Origin: Cyanophora paradoxa CCMP329
Lineage: Eukaryota > Plantae > Glaucophyta
NCBI GenBank assembly: GCA_004431415.1
Contig: QPMI01000103.1
Coordinates: forward strand, 186,001-250,000
Reading direction: 5' to 3'
Length of the DNA stretch: 64,000 bases
Both the position numbers and the translations under genes were made by a program. Positions 10,901 to 22,873 of this stretch are shown one piece after another. Position 1 is the first letter of the stretch; every line of letters starts with the position of its first letter. The notes under the pieces were generated by a model, which was not told the DNA's origin, made no database searches, and saw only the letters and a program-made list of their open reading frames with translations.

Positions 10901-12019
10901 CTTCAGGCCGCCGCCGCCGACAAGGAGAACGCCGCCGCGCGTGCGAATATCAACCCTCGAGCTCCGGCTGCCATGGGCGCCGGGGCCGCTGGAATCCCCG
11001 CGGCTGCTGGAAACGCAATTGCAAGCGCCGCTGCAGCTGCAGCTGCGGCCATCGACGACATCGACGACGACGCCGACGCCGACGACGACTGCATGATCAT
11101 CGACACCCCGCCGCGCCCGCCGCCGCCGCCGCCGCAGAGCGCCGCGCGACCGGCTCGCAACGGGAAAGCTCCCGCGGCGGCCCCGCTCGCTGGTGCGGCG
11201 CCGACGCGCACGCGCCGCCAGCGCCCTCGACCCGTTCCTCTTCTGAAACGGGCCGGCCGCGGGCCGGGGGGCCTCAGCTCGCCCGCAAAATGTTGAGGCT
11301 ATCCTCCGCCAGCTGCAGGAGATGGGGTCTGATTTCGATTTGCACTCGAGCTCAAATCTAATGCTTTTCTCTCGACGGCTCTGTAGATCTCACGCGCTCT
11401 GCCCGCACGCGCAGCTTCACGGACAGAGAGCGCAACCGGGCCGGGCTGCAGCGGGCGAACTACGACCTCGACGCGGCGATCGACATCCTCATGAACCCCG
11501 CCTGTTAGCTGCAGAGCAGCGTCCAGGCCGATGAGATGTCGGATCAATTTGAACTCGCACCAGATGCTTCGAATTCGCACTGTAATTCGCGCTCTCGAGC
11601 GACTCTTTGTCTCTTTATTATCGCTTTTTTTTGCAAAAGCCCAACCGGGCAATGTTCGTATTAAGGACAACAACAGCCGCCCCGTCGCTTTCATCGACTG
11701 GGGGGGCGCCTAGGCTAGCTCTGAGGCTCTGCGGCATAGAGGGAAGACGTCCTGCTATCTTATCCTAGCTGTGAGCTATCGATCTGCGGCTTGAGGAGGG
11801 CCTGATGCGTTGGTGTCCTTGGTCCTGTGGAAAAGGAGGGGAGGGGGAAGGCGAGGCGCACGGGGTGCTGGGGTTGGCGGGGGCGAGGCGTAGGGAGGGG
11901 GACACGGAGTACGCGGAGCGCTGGGCAGGGAGTGGGGTACATGGCGGGGGTGAGGCGCTGGGGTCGGGGAGCTGGGGGGCGGGCGGGGCGGGGCGGGCGG
12001 GGAGGGTGACGGGCCGGGA

Positions 12020-12600
12020 GCGGGGCGGGGCGCTGAGGGTCGGGGCAGGGCGCTGGAGGGCGGCGGGGGCAGGGCGCTGGGGGCGGCGGGAGCGGGCGCT
12101 GGGGGGGGGGGCGGAGGGCGGGGGCGGGGCGCTGGAGAGGGTGGGGACGGGGCGCTGGAGAGGGTGGGGACGGGGCGCTGGAGCCGGAGGGGGGGGCGGG
12201 TGCTGAAGCGGGGCGGGGCACTGGAGCCGGGGGCAGGGCGGGGCGCTGGAGCCGGAGGCGGGGCGGGGCGCTGGAGCCGGAGGGCGGGGCGGGGCGCTGG
12301 AGCCGGGGGGCAGGGGCGGGGCGCCGGAGTCGGAGAGCGGGGCGGGCGCTGGAGCCGGAGGCGGGGCGGGGCGCTGGAGCCGGGGGGCGGGGGCGGAGCG
12401 CTGGAGCCGGAGGGCGGGGGCGGGGCGCTGGAGCCGGGGGGCGGGGCGGGGCACTGGAGCCGGAGGGTAGGGGCGGGGCGCTGGAGCCGGAGGGCGGGGG
12501 CGGGCGCTGGAGCCGGGGGGCGGGGCGGGGCGCTGGAGCCGGAGGGCGGGGCGGGGCGCTGGAGCCGGGGGGCGGGGGCGGGGCGCTGGCACCGGCGGCA
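12020..12600. repeat. G-rich minisatellite, unit ~21-27 bp (GGGGCGGGGCGCTGGAGCCGGAG variants)
   Basis: About 20 imperfect tandem copies of the core GCGCTGGAG(CCGG). Confidence 0.9.
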
Positions 12601-13819
12601 GGGGCCGGCTTGGAGGCCGGGTCCGGGCGAGCCTCGTCTGGCTCCGGGGGGGGGGACCGAGCGTACACGTCTCTGTACCGGCCTCGGGGAGGAGGAGTCC
12701 GGGTGGGCGCCCTTTGGGCCCAGGCCGGGGGAGAGGGGGCGGGGGCGTGGGCCCGCGGGGCCTGGGCTCTGGGCGGGGGAGGGACCGGCGCGGGGCGCTA
12801 GGGAGTTGGGCGTGGGCGCACCCCGCCGTAGTTGTACATCGGACGGCGCCGACGGCCCCGTCGCGCGGCGAGCTCGAGGCGGAGGAGAGAGGTCAAGATG
12901 CAGGTCGAGATCTGCAGGCGCGCGAGCACGTTCTGTAAGGATGGGGCGGCGCGCGCGGCGCCTGCAGCATGACGGCGGCATTCGAGGGACAGTACTAGTG
13001 GCGGCGGCGCGCGACGTCGACGGCGGGTGCGTCATCTTGGAGAGCTGGCGGTCATCGGGCATCGGCTATGCGGCGGGCGGCGTGTGGGTGGCCGGGCGGC
13101 GATGGCGGGAGCTCGGGCGAAGTCGAGGTGGTCGCTCAACGCTTTAGGACTGCGACGTTATGCGGAAGATCTAGGGTGGCAGCGCGCTATCCGTATGTCC
13201 CGCGCGGGGCGCGGGCAAGGTCCTTGATATTCAAAAAGCGTCGGCGTCATGGCGAGGTCGGCGGGGCTCCACGTCGCTCCGGGGGCGGGCTGTCGGCTTC
13301 GGCAGTGATGCTGGATGGTAAGGTGCCCGCGTCGGCTGTCGGCTCGCGCTCGGCTGGGCTGGCTAGCGTTGTCGGTCTACGGGGGTCGGGTGGAGCTGGC
13401 GCGCGACTTTCCGAGCAGCTTGACACGCGGCGTTATCAGGCACCCACGGGTGGGAAGCCTGGCCCGCCGCGCTGCCGTAATCGTCGCGCTGTCCGCAAAT
13501 TTTCCGTACCCCGGTACTTCCCTTTATTATCGCTTTATCGCTTTATTATAAGCTTCCCTATAGCTATAATCAAGGTCGCACAGCTTTGATACCTTTTCCC
13601 TGCACTCTTTTCCTGGATCCCCCGGATCTTTCGCATGCATTTCACCCCTCGGCACGCATTCGCATTATTTTCGCAGCCGCCATGGCCAGGCCTAGGGACG
13701 ACGTCGACGAAGAGAGCTAGACTCGCGGGTTCCGAGGCTGCTCCAAGCGATCGCGAGGGCAAGTGACAAAGAGCCTATGCATTCGAACCAGCTTCTTCGC
13801 ACTAGCAGACGTACTTCAA

Positions 13820-14243
13820 TCAAACTGCACTCCAGATCGGCAGGCCTCTGACGACGACGTCGACCCAACCGACCGGCCGCGGGCTAGGGAAGGAGCCCCG
13901 ACTGGGCGCGTGCGAGAGCCTCCCGCACGCGGCGGACACGGCGGGCGTCGGGGGGGAAGAGCCGGGGGAACTTCCCGTACAGCTGCAGCGAGTCAGCGGG
14001 CCGGGGAGGGCCCCAGGGCCCGAGGGCCCGGGGGCGCGGGAGGGACCTGGAGGCTCTGCTCGAGGACGGCGGCCGCCTCCGCGTGGCGCCCCGCCCGCCA
14101 CAGCGAGTCCCCTGCGCCCCGCCGCCCCGCTCGTACTATCGAAAGGCGCGTGTAGCGGGGGCGCCGGTACCGTAGGCCCACAGGAGGTGCGCCTGGAGCG
14201 GCGTCTCGTTCCTTCGCGGCGCGGTGCACGTGCTCGAGCTCGG

Positions 14244-14276
<33 letters not shown>

Positions 14277-16900
14277 TGCACCCGCTGTCGACGAGGCGGA
14301 AGACGATGGTGAGGGTCTTGATGAGCCGCAGCGTCGTGTCCATCGAGAACTGCCCCCTGCCCGCCCCGGCCCCCGCCCCGGCCCCGGCCCCGGGTCAACA
14401 GCGAAGGCGCGGGGGAGAGGTTGGCGGGGCGGCTCGGCCCGGGCGCACCCCATCCACCACCAGGTGCGCGTGTACCCCTGAAGGAGGCTAGGGGCGTCGG
14501 CGGGCGGAAGGGATGGAGGGGGGGGGGGGGGGAAGGGGGGGGGGGGAGGGGACCGCACGATGACGTCGAAGTCGCTGTACCCCAGGAGGTCGTTCTCCTT
14601 CGCGTACTCCACCGCCGCCCGAAAGGCCCGGTACGACGCGATGAAGCGCCCTGAAGCGTTTACGTACCGGGTTGGAGGGCCGGTGGGAGAGAAGCGAGGG
14701 GCGGAAGAGTGCGGGGGCCGCGACCGGGGCGCACGGGCACGGCTCATGGCGAAGAACTTGGACTGGGCCGGGGGGAGGGGCGCCGCGGCCGGTCAGGGAG
14801 GTGAGGTATCCGAAAGAGGGTTACGACGCACGATCATGAAACGGTAGATACGGGGCCTTTGAATGTGGAGATGGAGGCAGCCGAATCAAAAGGAGAGCTG
14901 GCATGGAGGCTTGAGGCGCGGGGGGCGCACTTGGGGGGCTCGGCGAGGCGCTGGCAGAGCTCGATGGCGCGCTCCGCGAGGCCCACCTGCCGCCCGAAGT
15001 CCCCCTTCTGGCCCTCCCGCACGACTGCGCGAGGGGGAAATCGAAGACGATCTAGAGGGAAGGGAAGAGGGGGGCGGCGGGCCGGGGGACGGGCGCGGGG
15101 ACGGGGCGGACACTCGGCGGCAAGGGCGTCTAGGGCGAGGGAGGCGTCCTCGTCCCCCTCCGTGTACCAGTACATCCGCCTGCGCGAGTGAGAGCCCAGC
15201 CGCTGATCATGAGCCTCGGAGCTCGCGGCGCGGTCGCAAGCTCGAAGGGGCCGGCCGCGCGGGGGGCGAGCGCACGAGAGGAAGTGGTCCGCCATCTCCG
15301 CCCTCCCCGTGAACACTGCCCCCGCGCCCTCTCCGGCCAGGCTCGGGGGGCGAGGGGAGGGGAGCACCCCGCGCACCGTGGACGAGGCCGAGGAAGCGGA
15401 CGATGCGGGCCTCGGCGCGCGAGGGCGAGAGGCCCGCCTTCAGCAGCACGCTCCACGCCTGTGCGCGAGCGAGCGCGCGCGCGTGAGCGGTGCGGCTTAG
15501 CGCGCAATCACAAGCCAGCTGTCTCAGCTCGTATAATTATTCTTGCTAGGCGCTCTATAACCAGGCCAGCGATATGAGCGATCCAGATCCGGCAAGGCTG
15601 TACTGGTTCTACAACAACCAGCCCAGACCTCGAAGAGGGTGTCGGAGCAGTCGTTGGGGCGGTACTCCATGAAGCAGAGGCACGCGGCGAGGAAGAGCGC
15701 CTCCGCCACCGCCGTCGGGTCCTGAGCGGGGTGAGAGGGGATGAGAGGGGGCGGGGATGGGCCGGGGAGGGGGGCGGGGGGTGGGCGCACGCCCCAGGCG
15801 CGGGCGGTGTCGAGGGCCTTGGCCGAGAGCTGCGCCCCCCCAGCGCAGCCCGGCGTCAGCTGCGGCTGCGGCTGCGACTGCGGCTTCGGACGCACCATGT
15901 GGAAGGCCTCCGGGGGGGCGAAGAGCATGTAGTCCGCGTGCTGCACCTGCACGCGAGCACGGGCACCCCACGTGTTCGAAGGCGCAGGGAGACGATCTAG
16001 ATCTAGATCTACACGGGGGCCGGGGGCGGGCGGCCGGGCGCACGGCCTCGCAACCGAGGGCGGCGGCGAGGTTGCGGCAGGCGGCGGAGGCGACGGCCGC
16101 CTCGTGGGGAGACCGGAAGAACTCGGGCCTGCAAGCACCGGCCCGGCGGGCCTCATGGTCGATATCGGAAGCGAAGAGCCGGGGCCCCGTCAAGGAGGAG
16201 GGCGCACGCGTGGGCGAGGGGCGCGAGGAGGGCGGCGACGACAGCGTCCACGGGGCCCTCCGCCATCGCTGCCCCCCGCACCGCGTGCAGGCACGCCTGC
16301 GCCGTATCCAGATGAGGAGGGGGGGGGAGGCGGGGGGGGGTACGTGCACCTGGAAGGTGAGGCGCCCCGCGTGGGTGGAGACGAGGGGCGTGTCCAGCAC
16401 CCGCGCGTCCGACAGCATCTGACGATGCACGGGTCGCGATCGGCTGATGGATGGGGGCGGGAGGGGGGAGGGAGGGGGAGGGCAGGGGCGAAGGGGGGTA
16501 TATATACTTTCGCGAGGACAGCCCCATCCTCTGCGTGCCACGTCGTGCGAACGAGGTCGTGGGCCTGAATTCGAGGGGGAGAAGGGGGGGTATTTACGGC
16601 TTGCGCTGCGAAGGGGGTACAGGGACCGGAGGCGCACGTTCATAATGCGCTGCGTGAACCCGTGGCGCTCGGCGTCGCTGCTGAGGAGGAAGGGAGGCGG
16701 GCCCGCCGGGTCCCTGCGAAGGGAACCGGAGCGGCGCGCGGATCACCAGGGGGGTGCGTGGGGGGGTTGAGGGTGGGTGGGAGGGGCGGGGGGGGGGGAG
16801 GAGGAGGGGAAGGGGAAGGGGAAGGGGGCGGCTCCGCGGACCACGCGGACGCTTCGTCGGGCGGGGGCGCTGCCCTGAGAGTGGCCACTTGATCAGGGAA
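13820..16900 (-). CDS. Multi-exon hypothetical protein, helical/TPR-like
   Basis: Protein-like exon blocks between C-rich introns: LFLAACLCFMEYRPNDCSDTLFE, QVGLAERAIELCQRLAE, FIASYRAFRAAVEYAKENDLLGY, GDSLWRAGRHAEAAAVLEQSLQ. Ends uncertain. Confidence 0.45.
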
Positions 16901-17373
16901 AGAACGAAAGGGGTACAGGAGGGCGTGGGCGTTGGGGGGGGGGGGGAAGTGCACGAACGTCAATTTGGCGTCGGAAAGCGGCGGGCTACCATCGACGGCG
17001 CTGGAGCTGAGCTGCAGCCAGCACCGTGTCAGCCGCAGCTGCAGTTGCAGGCAGCCCCAGGAACGGAGCCGGGGCGGAAAGGGGGGTACGTTACGCACGT
17101 CAGCATTTGTGAGATACGGGGGCGTCATGAGATTGAGCGAGGCGTAGGGGCCTTCTGCGGGCGTGTCCCCTGCCGCGGGCGCATCGGATCAAATCTAGGG
17201 TATCCCGAGGGGGGTAGGGTAGGGGGTTACAAAGGAGGATGCGGTGCACAATCTGTTCGCTCTCTTCCTCCGGGGGGGGCGAGATCCTGAGGTCCGAGAA
17301 AGTCTGGGGGGGGACGGGGGGGCCCCGGAACTCAGAATTCGAAACCGACGGCCTCGCTAAATATATAGGAGAT

Positions 17374-18900
17374 CTAGAGGCGAAGCCTTGAAGGGGGCGG
17401 CCAAAGAGACGGAGGTACCTGGGCGAGGGTCTCGCCGAAGTAGCTGTGCACGCGCTGGGGCGTGAGGGCGGCGCCACGGGCGCCGTCACGATCGGCGTCT
17501 GCGGCCGGGGCCTGGCCCTGGCCATCTGGATGGACCGGCGCCGGCGCCGGCGGGGCGGGGAGGCCGGCGGCGTCCCCGTCGGCGTCGCCCTCGTCCAGCT
17601 GCTCCAGGAGGGCGGCTAGGGGGGTAGAGATGTCCAGGCTCAGATCCTCGAGGGCCCAGGGGGGCGAGGCGGCCGGCGAGGGGCTCGCGGGGGGGACGGG
17701 GTCGGGGTACGGGCATTCGGAGGTGAAAAGGCCGGCCCGGGGCCGCGGCAGCTCGAGAGGCTGGCCGTTGGGGGGCTCATGAACAGGGCGGAGGGGCGCG
17801 GGGGGTACGGCGCTGGAAAGCCGCGGCGCTGCAAGGGGCCGGGGGAGGGAGGGCGCCGGGGGGAGCGGATCCCGCGCGGGCTGGAAGGGCGGAACGCTAA
17901 TGGGGGGCTGGGGGGCGCGCTTTCCCTCGAGCTCGCGGCGGCGGTCCGGCGGCGCGGGCGCCTCCTCGGGCGTCGGGCGCTTGCGGGGGGCGGGGGGTCC
18001 CGCCGGGGGATCCAGAGGTGCCCCCGAGAAGCGTAGGACGATTCGGTCCCGACCAATGGGGCCGTACGCCGGCTCCAGCCACGACGAGACCATCTGCGCG
18101 CCCGGGGGAGGTGGAGGGGGGGGGTACGCATCAGGCATGCATACGACCGGGACCGATACCCCCACTCGCCTCGGCCTGCGCGTTGGGGGGTGCTCCAAAG
18201 ACGAACGAGTCGACGCTGTCCCCCTGGGGGCGGGTCAGGTAAGGGGTACAGGATAAAGGGTGGGTAGGGTGCAGCCGCGCCTTCCTCCCGATGAGCATCA
18301 CGAGCTCCGCCGACATCGCTTGCTGCGCGGGGGGAGGCGCCGGCGTTACGGGGACACAGGAGAGCGACTCGGCGATCGCGAGCGAAGAGGGGTATATATA
18401 TATGTGATGCGGCGCATGCGCACGCGGACGCCGGCGACGAGGGGGGCGATGGCGACGGCGACGCGGGCGCCGGCCCAGGGCGCGTCGGCCGCCGCGCCGG
18501 CCCCGACGGGGTCGTGGAGCCGCAGCCGGAGCTCCTCGTTGGGGGACACGTCGAAGAAGAACGCGCTGGAGGCCCCCGGGGGCCCCATGGCCACCACGGG
18601 CGTCGCCCGCTCCCACTCCCCGCGCCCTGCGAAAGGCCTACGGCTTCGAACATCGAACTTCAAATTAAATTCGGGAGCGGCGCACGGGTGCGGCTCCGGC
18701 GCAGGAGGGAGATCTGGACCGCCCTGAACCTGGGGGGCGCCGCGACCGCCACGGCCGGGGCGGCGCTGGCCGGCCGCGGCGCGAGCCTCGCGTTCGAGAG
18801 CGCCGGCGGGCACTGCGCGTGCACGCCGATCGCGAGCGGGAGGGACGAGTGCGCCCCGAGCAGGGGCGGCTTCTCGGCCTCCGGCTCGAGCTCGTCTCTA
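17374..18900 (-). CDS. Multi-exon hypothetical protein with Pro-rich C-terminus
   Basis: Exon-like blocks AFFFDVSPNEELRLRLHDP, AMSAELVMLIGRKARLH, MVSSWLEPAYGPIGRDRIVLRFSG. Boundaries uncertain. Confidence 0.4.
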
Positions 18901-19362
18901 GACCTTGCAATCCGTGTACGTGGGCGCATCCGCCGGGATTCTCCCCTTAAGCTTGAGCTCGCTGCCGCCGCCGCCGCCGCCGCTGCCGCCGCGCCGCCGT
19001 CCGGCCCAAATCTATCGATATCGCTCGCTATACTGTGTGCAGTTGACCTGTCGACGTCGCCTCTCCGCCCCCGGCGCCGCGCTCCGGATCCGCCGCTCCG
19101 AAATCCGGAACCGGGGGGCTTCGAATTCTGACTCTAATTTCTGAGTCATTTTCTGACGGCACACTGCAGTCTGCAGGCTGAGAGCCTGAGAGTCTGCAGG
19201 CTGCAGCTGATCGACGTGCACGTGGAGCGTGACCTGGTCCTCGAGCTCCGAAGCCTCCGAGCCTCGCAAGGGGGTACGGGGTAGATTAATTCATTACTAT
19301 TTTCCTCATAATCATCGCATGCGCACACATGCATTAATATTTCACAGGATGCTTCAATATTA

Positions 19363-19634
19363 CCGTAAAACACAATATCAATTCGCACGATATTCGAGAT
19401 TATAGTTCGTTTTTAGACCCGGACCCCGACCATAGTAATTAGTTCGGTCTCAAATTAGTGCGTTTATTCGTTTCCAGTGTATGGGGCGGGGGGTACACGC
19501 TGTACCCCTACAGCATTTTCTTAGCGTCATGTAATTAGTGCGGTCTCAAATTAGTGCGTTTTTACGGCAAAAAACGCACTAATTTGGTACCGAACTAATA
19601 TTATGCGCGAACTAATTAATATTCTGTCTTACGG
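19363..19634. mobile_element. MITE of Tc1/mariner-pogo type (272 bp)
   Basis: TA-CCGTAAAACACAATATCAATT ... AATTAATATTCTGTCTTACGG-TA: imperfect TIRs, TA on both sides, internal AATTAGT(G/T)CG repeats, AT-rich. Confidence 0.8.
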
Positions 19635-19637
19635 TAA

Positions 19638-21176
19638 TTGCAAGGGGGGACGAAGACCGAAGGGCTTCGAAAATTCTCCCAGCTAGCGCTTGCTTCCCGT
19701 TCCCTCGCTCCGGAATCCGGATCCAGCCAAAAATTTTCTACGAGGCCGTTTTCGAGGTCCAGTTTGCAACACCAGAAAAAAATGAGCCGTTATTCGCGAT
19801 CCGATTGGCTCGGTGGACCGGTCAGCCTTCGACTTTCGAGCGTCAAATTTAAAGTCAAGCTCGCGAGAGCTTTAATTTCTAGCTCGAATTCGGAAAAAGA
19901 GGTTTTCGAGGGGAAAACCAACTTCTGTCTCTCCGGTCTTCGAATTCCTTGCGCGGTTAACGTTCTGCATGTGACCAGTTCTCCCTAGCGCGCTAGCTGT
20001 CTCCTCTAGATTTCGGCTTCCTCGCAGTGCGTCGCGTACGCCTTGCTCTTCCTTGCGCGCGGCGGTTCTGCATGGAATTACTTCTCCCTAGCTGTCTCCT
20101 CTAGACCGCCTCTGGCGGTTGGGGGGCTCGTCGTTGCCTCCGCCGAAGACGCCTCCTGGCTCGGCCTCGCGCGCGGCCGGCTTTGTGCGGGCGCCGTCGC
20201 GTTTGTGCTCCCGCCGGACGGATACCGGCACGCCGCGTCCACCTGGCCGTCTGGAGCGGCCCCCGACGTCGGCGGTCTCGAGCTCGTGTCCGTGCTCGGA
20301 GCGGCTGTGAAGCCGCTGCTCATCGTCGTCCGCGAGCTCCCCGACCGGGCTGGCTTCCCCCCCACGCGCGAGCAAGCCGTCGCCTTCGCTTTAGCGACCG
20401 TCGAAGCACTCGCCGCTGCGCGGCAGGATCGCTTCGTCGTTCGATTTGTCGGGTGCGCGAAGTTTCATTGAAGTGGACCGCCCATAGCTGACCTCTATTC
20501 ATGATTGCCACGGCAGGCCTGCGATCGAGGACCTCCACATGGGGGTCCTCGAGCGCCTGCGTGACGCCGGCCTCGCGGATATCGAAATTCAAGACCTTGT
20601 CTACCAGATGCGCGGCGGGAGCGAGCAGCGCGCCAGCCGCGTGGTTCTGCGGTCGCTCGAGGCGGCGGGCCGCCTCACCATGCTCTTGCAAGACGGCTCT
20701 CTTCAGGACCGGCGCCGCAGGCTGCCGCTCACCCCCATGGTCGACTTCCGCCCCGACCCCCTCCAGAAGGCCTGAATCGCCTATGTTTACGGCGAGCCCT
20801 CTGCAGACAGCACCATCATCTTTTAGCCAGCTGTTCAGGGTTAGCGGTAGGCCGTGCGAACACAGTTGATGCGCAGCGTTTTTTGGCTCCAGAACAATCT
20901 TTCATATAGAGTGCGCTGAATCTGGCCTTTCATTGAGGCTTTTCTTTATTCGGTTTGATCGCAGCGAGTGCTTATCGGCCCCTAATATCGGGCCTTTTCT
21001 ATTTTTTTCAATCATATATAATCTGTGTTTATCTTTACACTTCAACCTGCCGCGCGCGCTCGGCCGGGGTCGATCTGCCGCGTGCATGTGCGTGCCACTA
21101 CGACTCTTTCATTAGATCCCGGTTCCCCCCTTGCACCCGGTGACCCCCGGCGCGAAAATCGCGGCCGGGCCACTAG
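19638..21176 (+). mobile_element. Helitron2/Helentron-like non-autonomous element carrying a gene fragment
   Basis: Terminal TGCAAGGGGGGA (19639-19650) pairs with subterminal TCCCCCCTTGCA (21124-21135). It is followed by hairpin CCCGGCGCG/CGCGGCCGGG (21146-21169) and CTAG then T. The 5' part has a second copy at 1110-1631. Confidence 0.55.
20105..20775 (+). pseudogene. 3' fragment of an intron-containing gene of unknown function, inside the element
   Basis: ...ALAAARQDRFVVRFVG|PAIEDLHMGVLERLRDAGL...PDPLQKA* joined by a GT-AG intron at ~20453-20516; no 5' end. Confidence 0.55.
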
Positions 21177-21524
21177 TTATTCTTTGCCGATTCTTTGATA
21201 TCAATACTGGATTTCTGGCACGGTGGAACGGTGTGTGACGGTGGTACCTGAAACTTGGCTGAAAGTTAAGGCCGAATTTCCCCTCTGAAACCGTCGACGT
21301 CGGTCCGGATGCTGGCTCGGAAACCCAGTCCTGAGTCCTGACCGTCGGATCCCGGACTCCTACTGTAGGCCTGATCATGACTCATGACTCCTGAGGTCCT
21401 GACTCCAGAGTTCTGACTCCAGACTCATGGCCCATGGGTCGATTCGAATTCCGGGTCATTTTCTTCAGTTTTTGAATTCGACTGATATAAGAACAGCTAC
21501 TTTCGACTGATATAAGAACAGCTA

Positions 21525-21901
21525 TGGAGGGGGTCGGGGCGGAAGTCGACCATGGGGGTGAGCGGCAGCCTGCGGCGCCGGTCCTGAAGAGAGCCGTCTT
21601 GCAAGAGCATGGTGAGGCGGCCCGCCGCCTCGAGCGACCGCAGAACCACGCGGCTGGCGCGCTGCTCGCTCCCGCCGCGCATCTGGTAGACAAGGTCTTG
21701 AATTTCGATATCCGCGAGGCCGGCGTCACGCAGGCGCTCGAGGACCCCCATGTGGAGGTCCTCGATCGCAGGCCTGCCGTGGCAATCATGAATAGAGGTC
21801 AGCTATGGGCGGTCCACTTCAATGAAACTTCGCGCACCCGACAAATCGAACGACGAAGCGATCCTGCCGCGCAGCGGCGAGTGCTTCGACGGTCGCTAAA
21901 G
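21525..21901 (-). repeat. 377-bp inverted duplicate of 20389-20765
   Basis: Reverse-complement match with no difference seen by eye; the ORF track shows the same peptides on both strands. Confidence 0.95.
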
Positions 21902-22873
21902 TCGCTCACAGCCCCCGTGACTGTGACTGAATTATGATATCGATCATCGGATCAGTCGACTCGGCGACGTCAACCCGACGTTTCAACGGTTCAGTCAGGC
22001 TACCGTGCAAAAACTGAAGAAAATGACCCGGAATTCGAATCGACCCATGGGCCATGGCCAGATATCGAGCGATCCATCATGGCATCTACTACAGTAAGAC
22101 TGAGTAATATAAGTTGCCAAGCACAGGCTGCACAGCGAGTGCGCGGCAGTAGAGGCCCACTGGGCCACTAGCCGGTAGAGGGTGATTATCATAGTTTGCA
22201 AGCAAAGAACAATGTAGGCTGTCAGTGTAGCTTTAGAATTCGAAAGGACTTCGGCCCCCGCCATGGCCAGGTGTAAGACGCCGTTAGCCTCGTTAGAGCG
22301 GGCGGTTTCTTGAAGATTTCGAATCCGTTGGTTTTCTGGAGGCAAGACGACAGAAGATCGATCCACGTCAAGCTTCAGATGGGAAATGCCGACAACGTTA
22401 ACAGTGGCGACAATTGCAAGGGGGCACGCTCCCAGCAGGGCGTTTTATTAACTAGCCATCAAAAGTCCCACTACCGGTAGTACTCCTATTACAGTGCTAT
22501 ACCACTAGTCCTTGGGCGAGATCCACTCATTGAAAACACAGGCCCCATACAACCTACGGCTGCGAGAAAAAGCGAATACCAGAACGCCTGACGTCGACAT
22601 AATGCGAAGAGCAAATGGAGAATTCGAAGACAGTACTTATACAACGTACATAAGACCGCGTGCTTCGATAGAAAGTAGCTGTTCTTATAGTATTCGAATT
22701 CTCACTAGGTTTTCTTAGTTCTGTATCGATGTTATCTACGTACATAATGTTTGCAAGTGGCTCCGAAGCCCGCTGGAGTCACATTGGCGGTCCGATGCAT
22801 ATGGGGGCCGCCGCGGGGGCCGGCCGGGAGTCCCGCGGCCGGCCGGGACGCGGCGGGATGGGGCGGGGCCGGC

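Larger units (their letters stand above)
1640..11508 (+). pseudogene. Multi-exon gene for a DUF3684-like protein with C-terminal HExxH zincin domain, acidic SIM-like motif and UBA domain; disrupted in an exon by the LTR element; 5' exons missing from the window
   Basis: Splicing by eye gives ...YLRLASECVVVDARWLAERVKMDLVPEAG|VPEAIVERLP... across the insertion. Later exons give IAFNKGNTLFFNIHYF, AAYFW-YITFCHELAHNVASGHDKDHE (10484-10516), DDDCMIID and LQEMG-FTDRERNRAGLQRANYDLDAAIDILMNPAC* (stop 11506-11508). Family assignment is from remembered motif similarity, not a search. Confidence 0.65.

Noticed and set aside
11760-13147. Long Pro/Ala/Arg- and Gly-rich ORFs
   Set aside because: Open in several frames on both strands because the GC-rich minisatellite lacks stop codons; no domain signal.
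1110-20105. Giant TIR transposon bounded by the inverted ~500-bp repeats at 1110-1631 and 19638-20105
   Set aside because: The sharp shared terminus faces inward in both copies and the outer edges are ragged with no TSD; two independent insertions of one family fit better.
21995-22400. 123-aa minus-strand ORF in the AT-richer segment
   Set aside because: No recognisable motif or host-type exon/intron pattern; possibly a TE remnant but not supportable.
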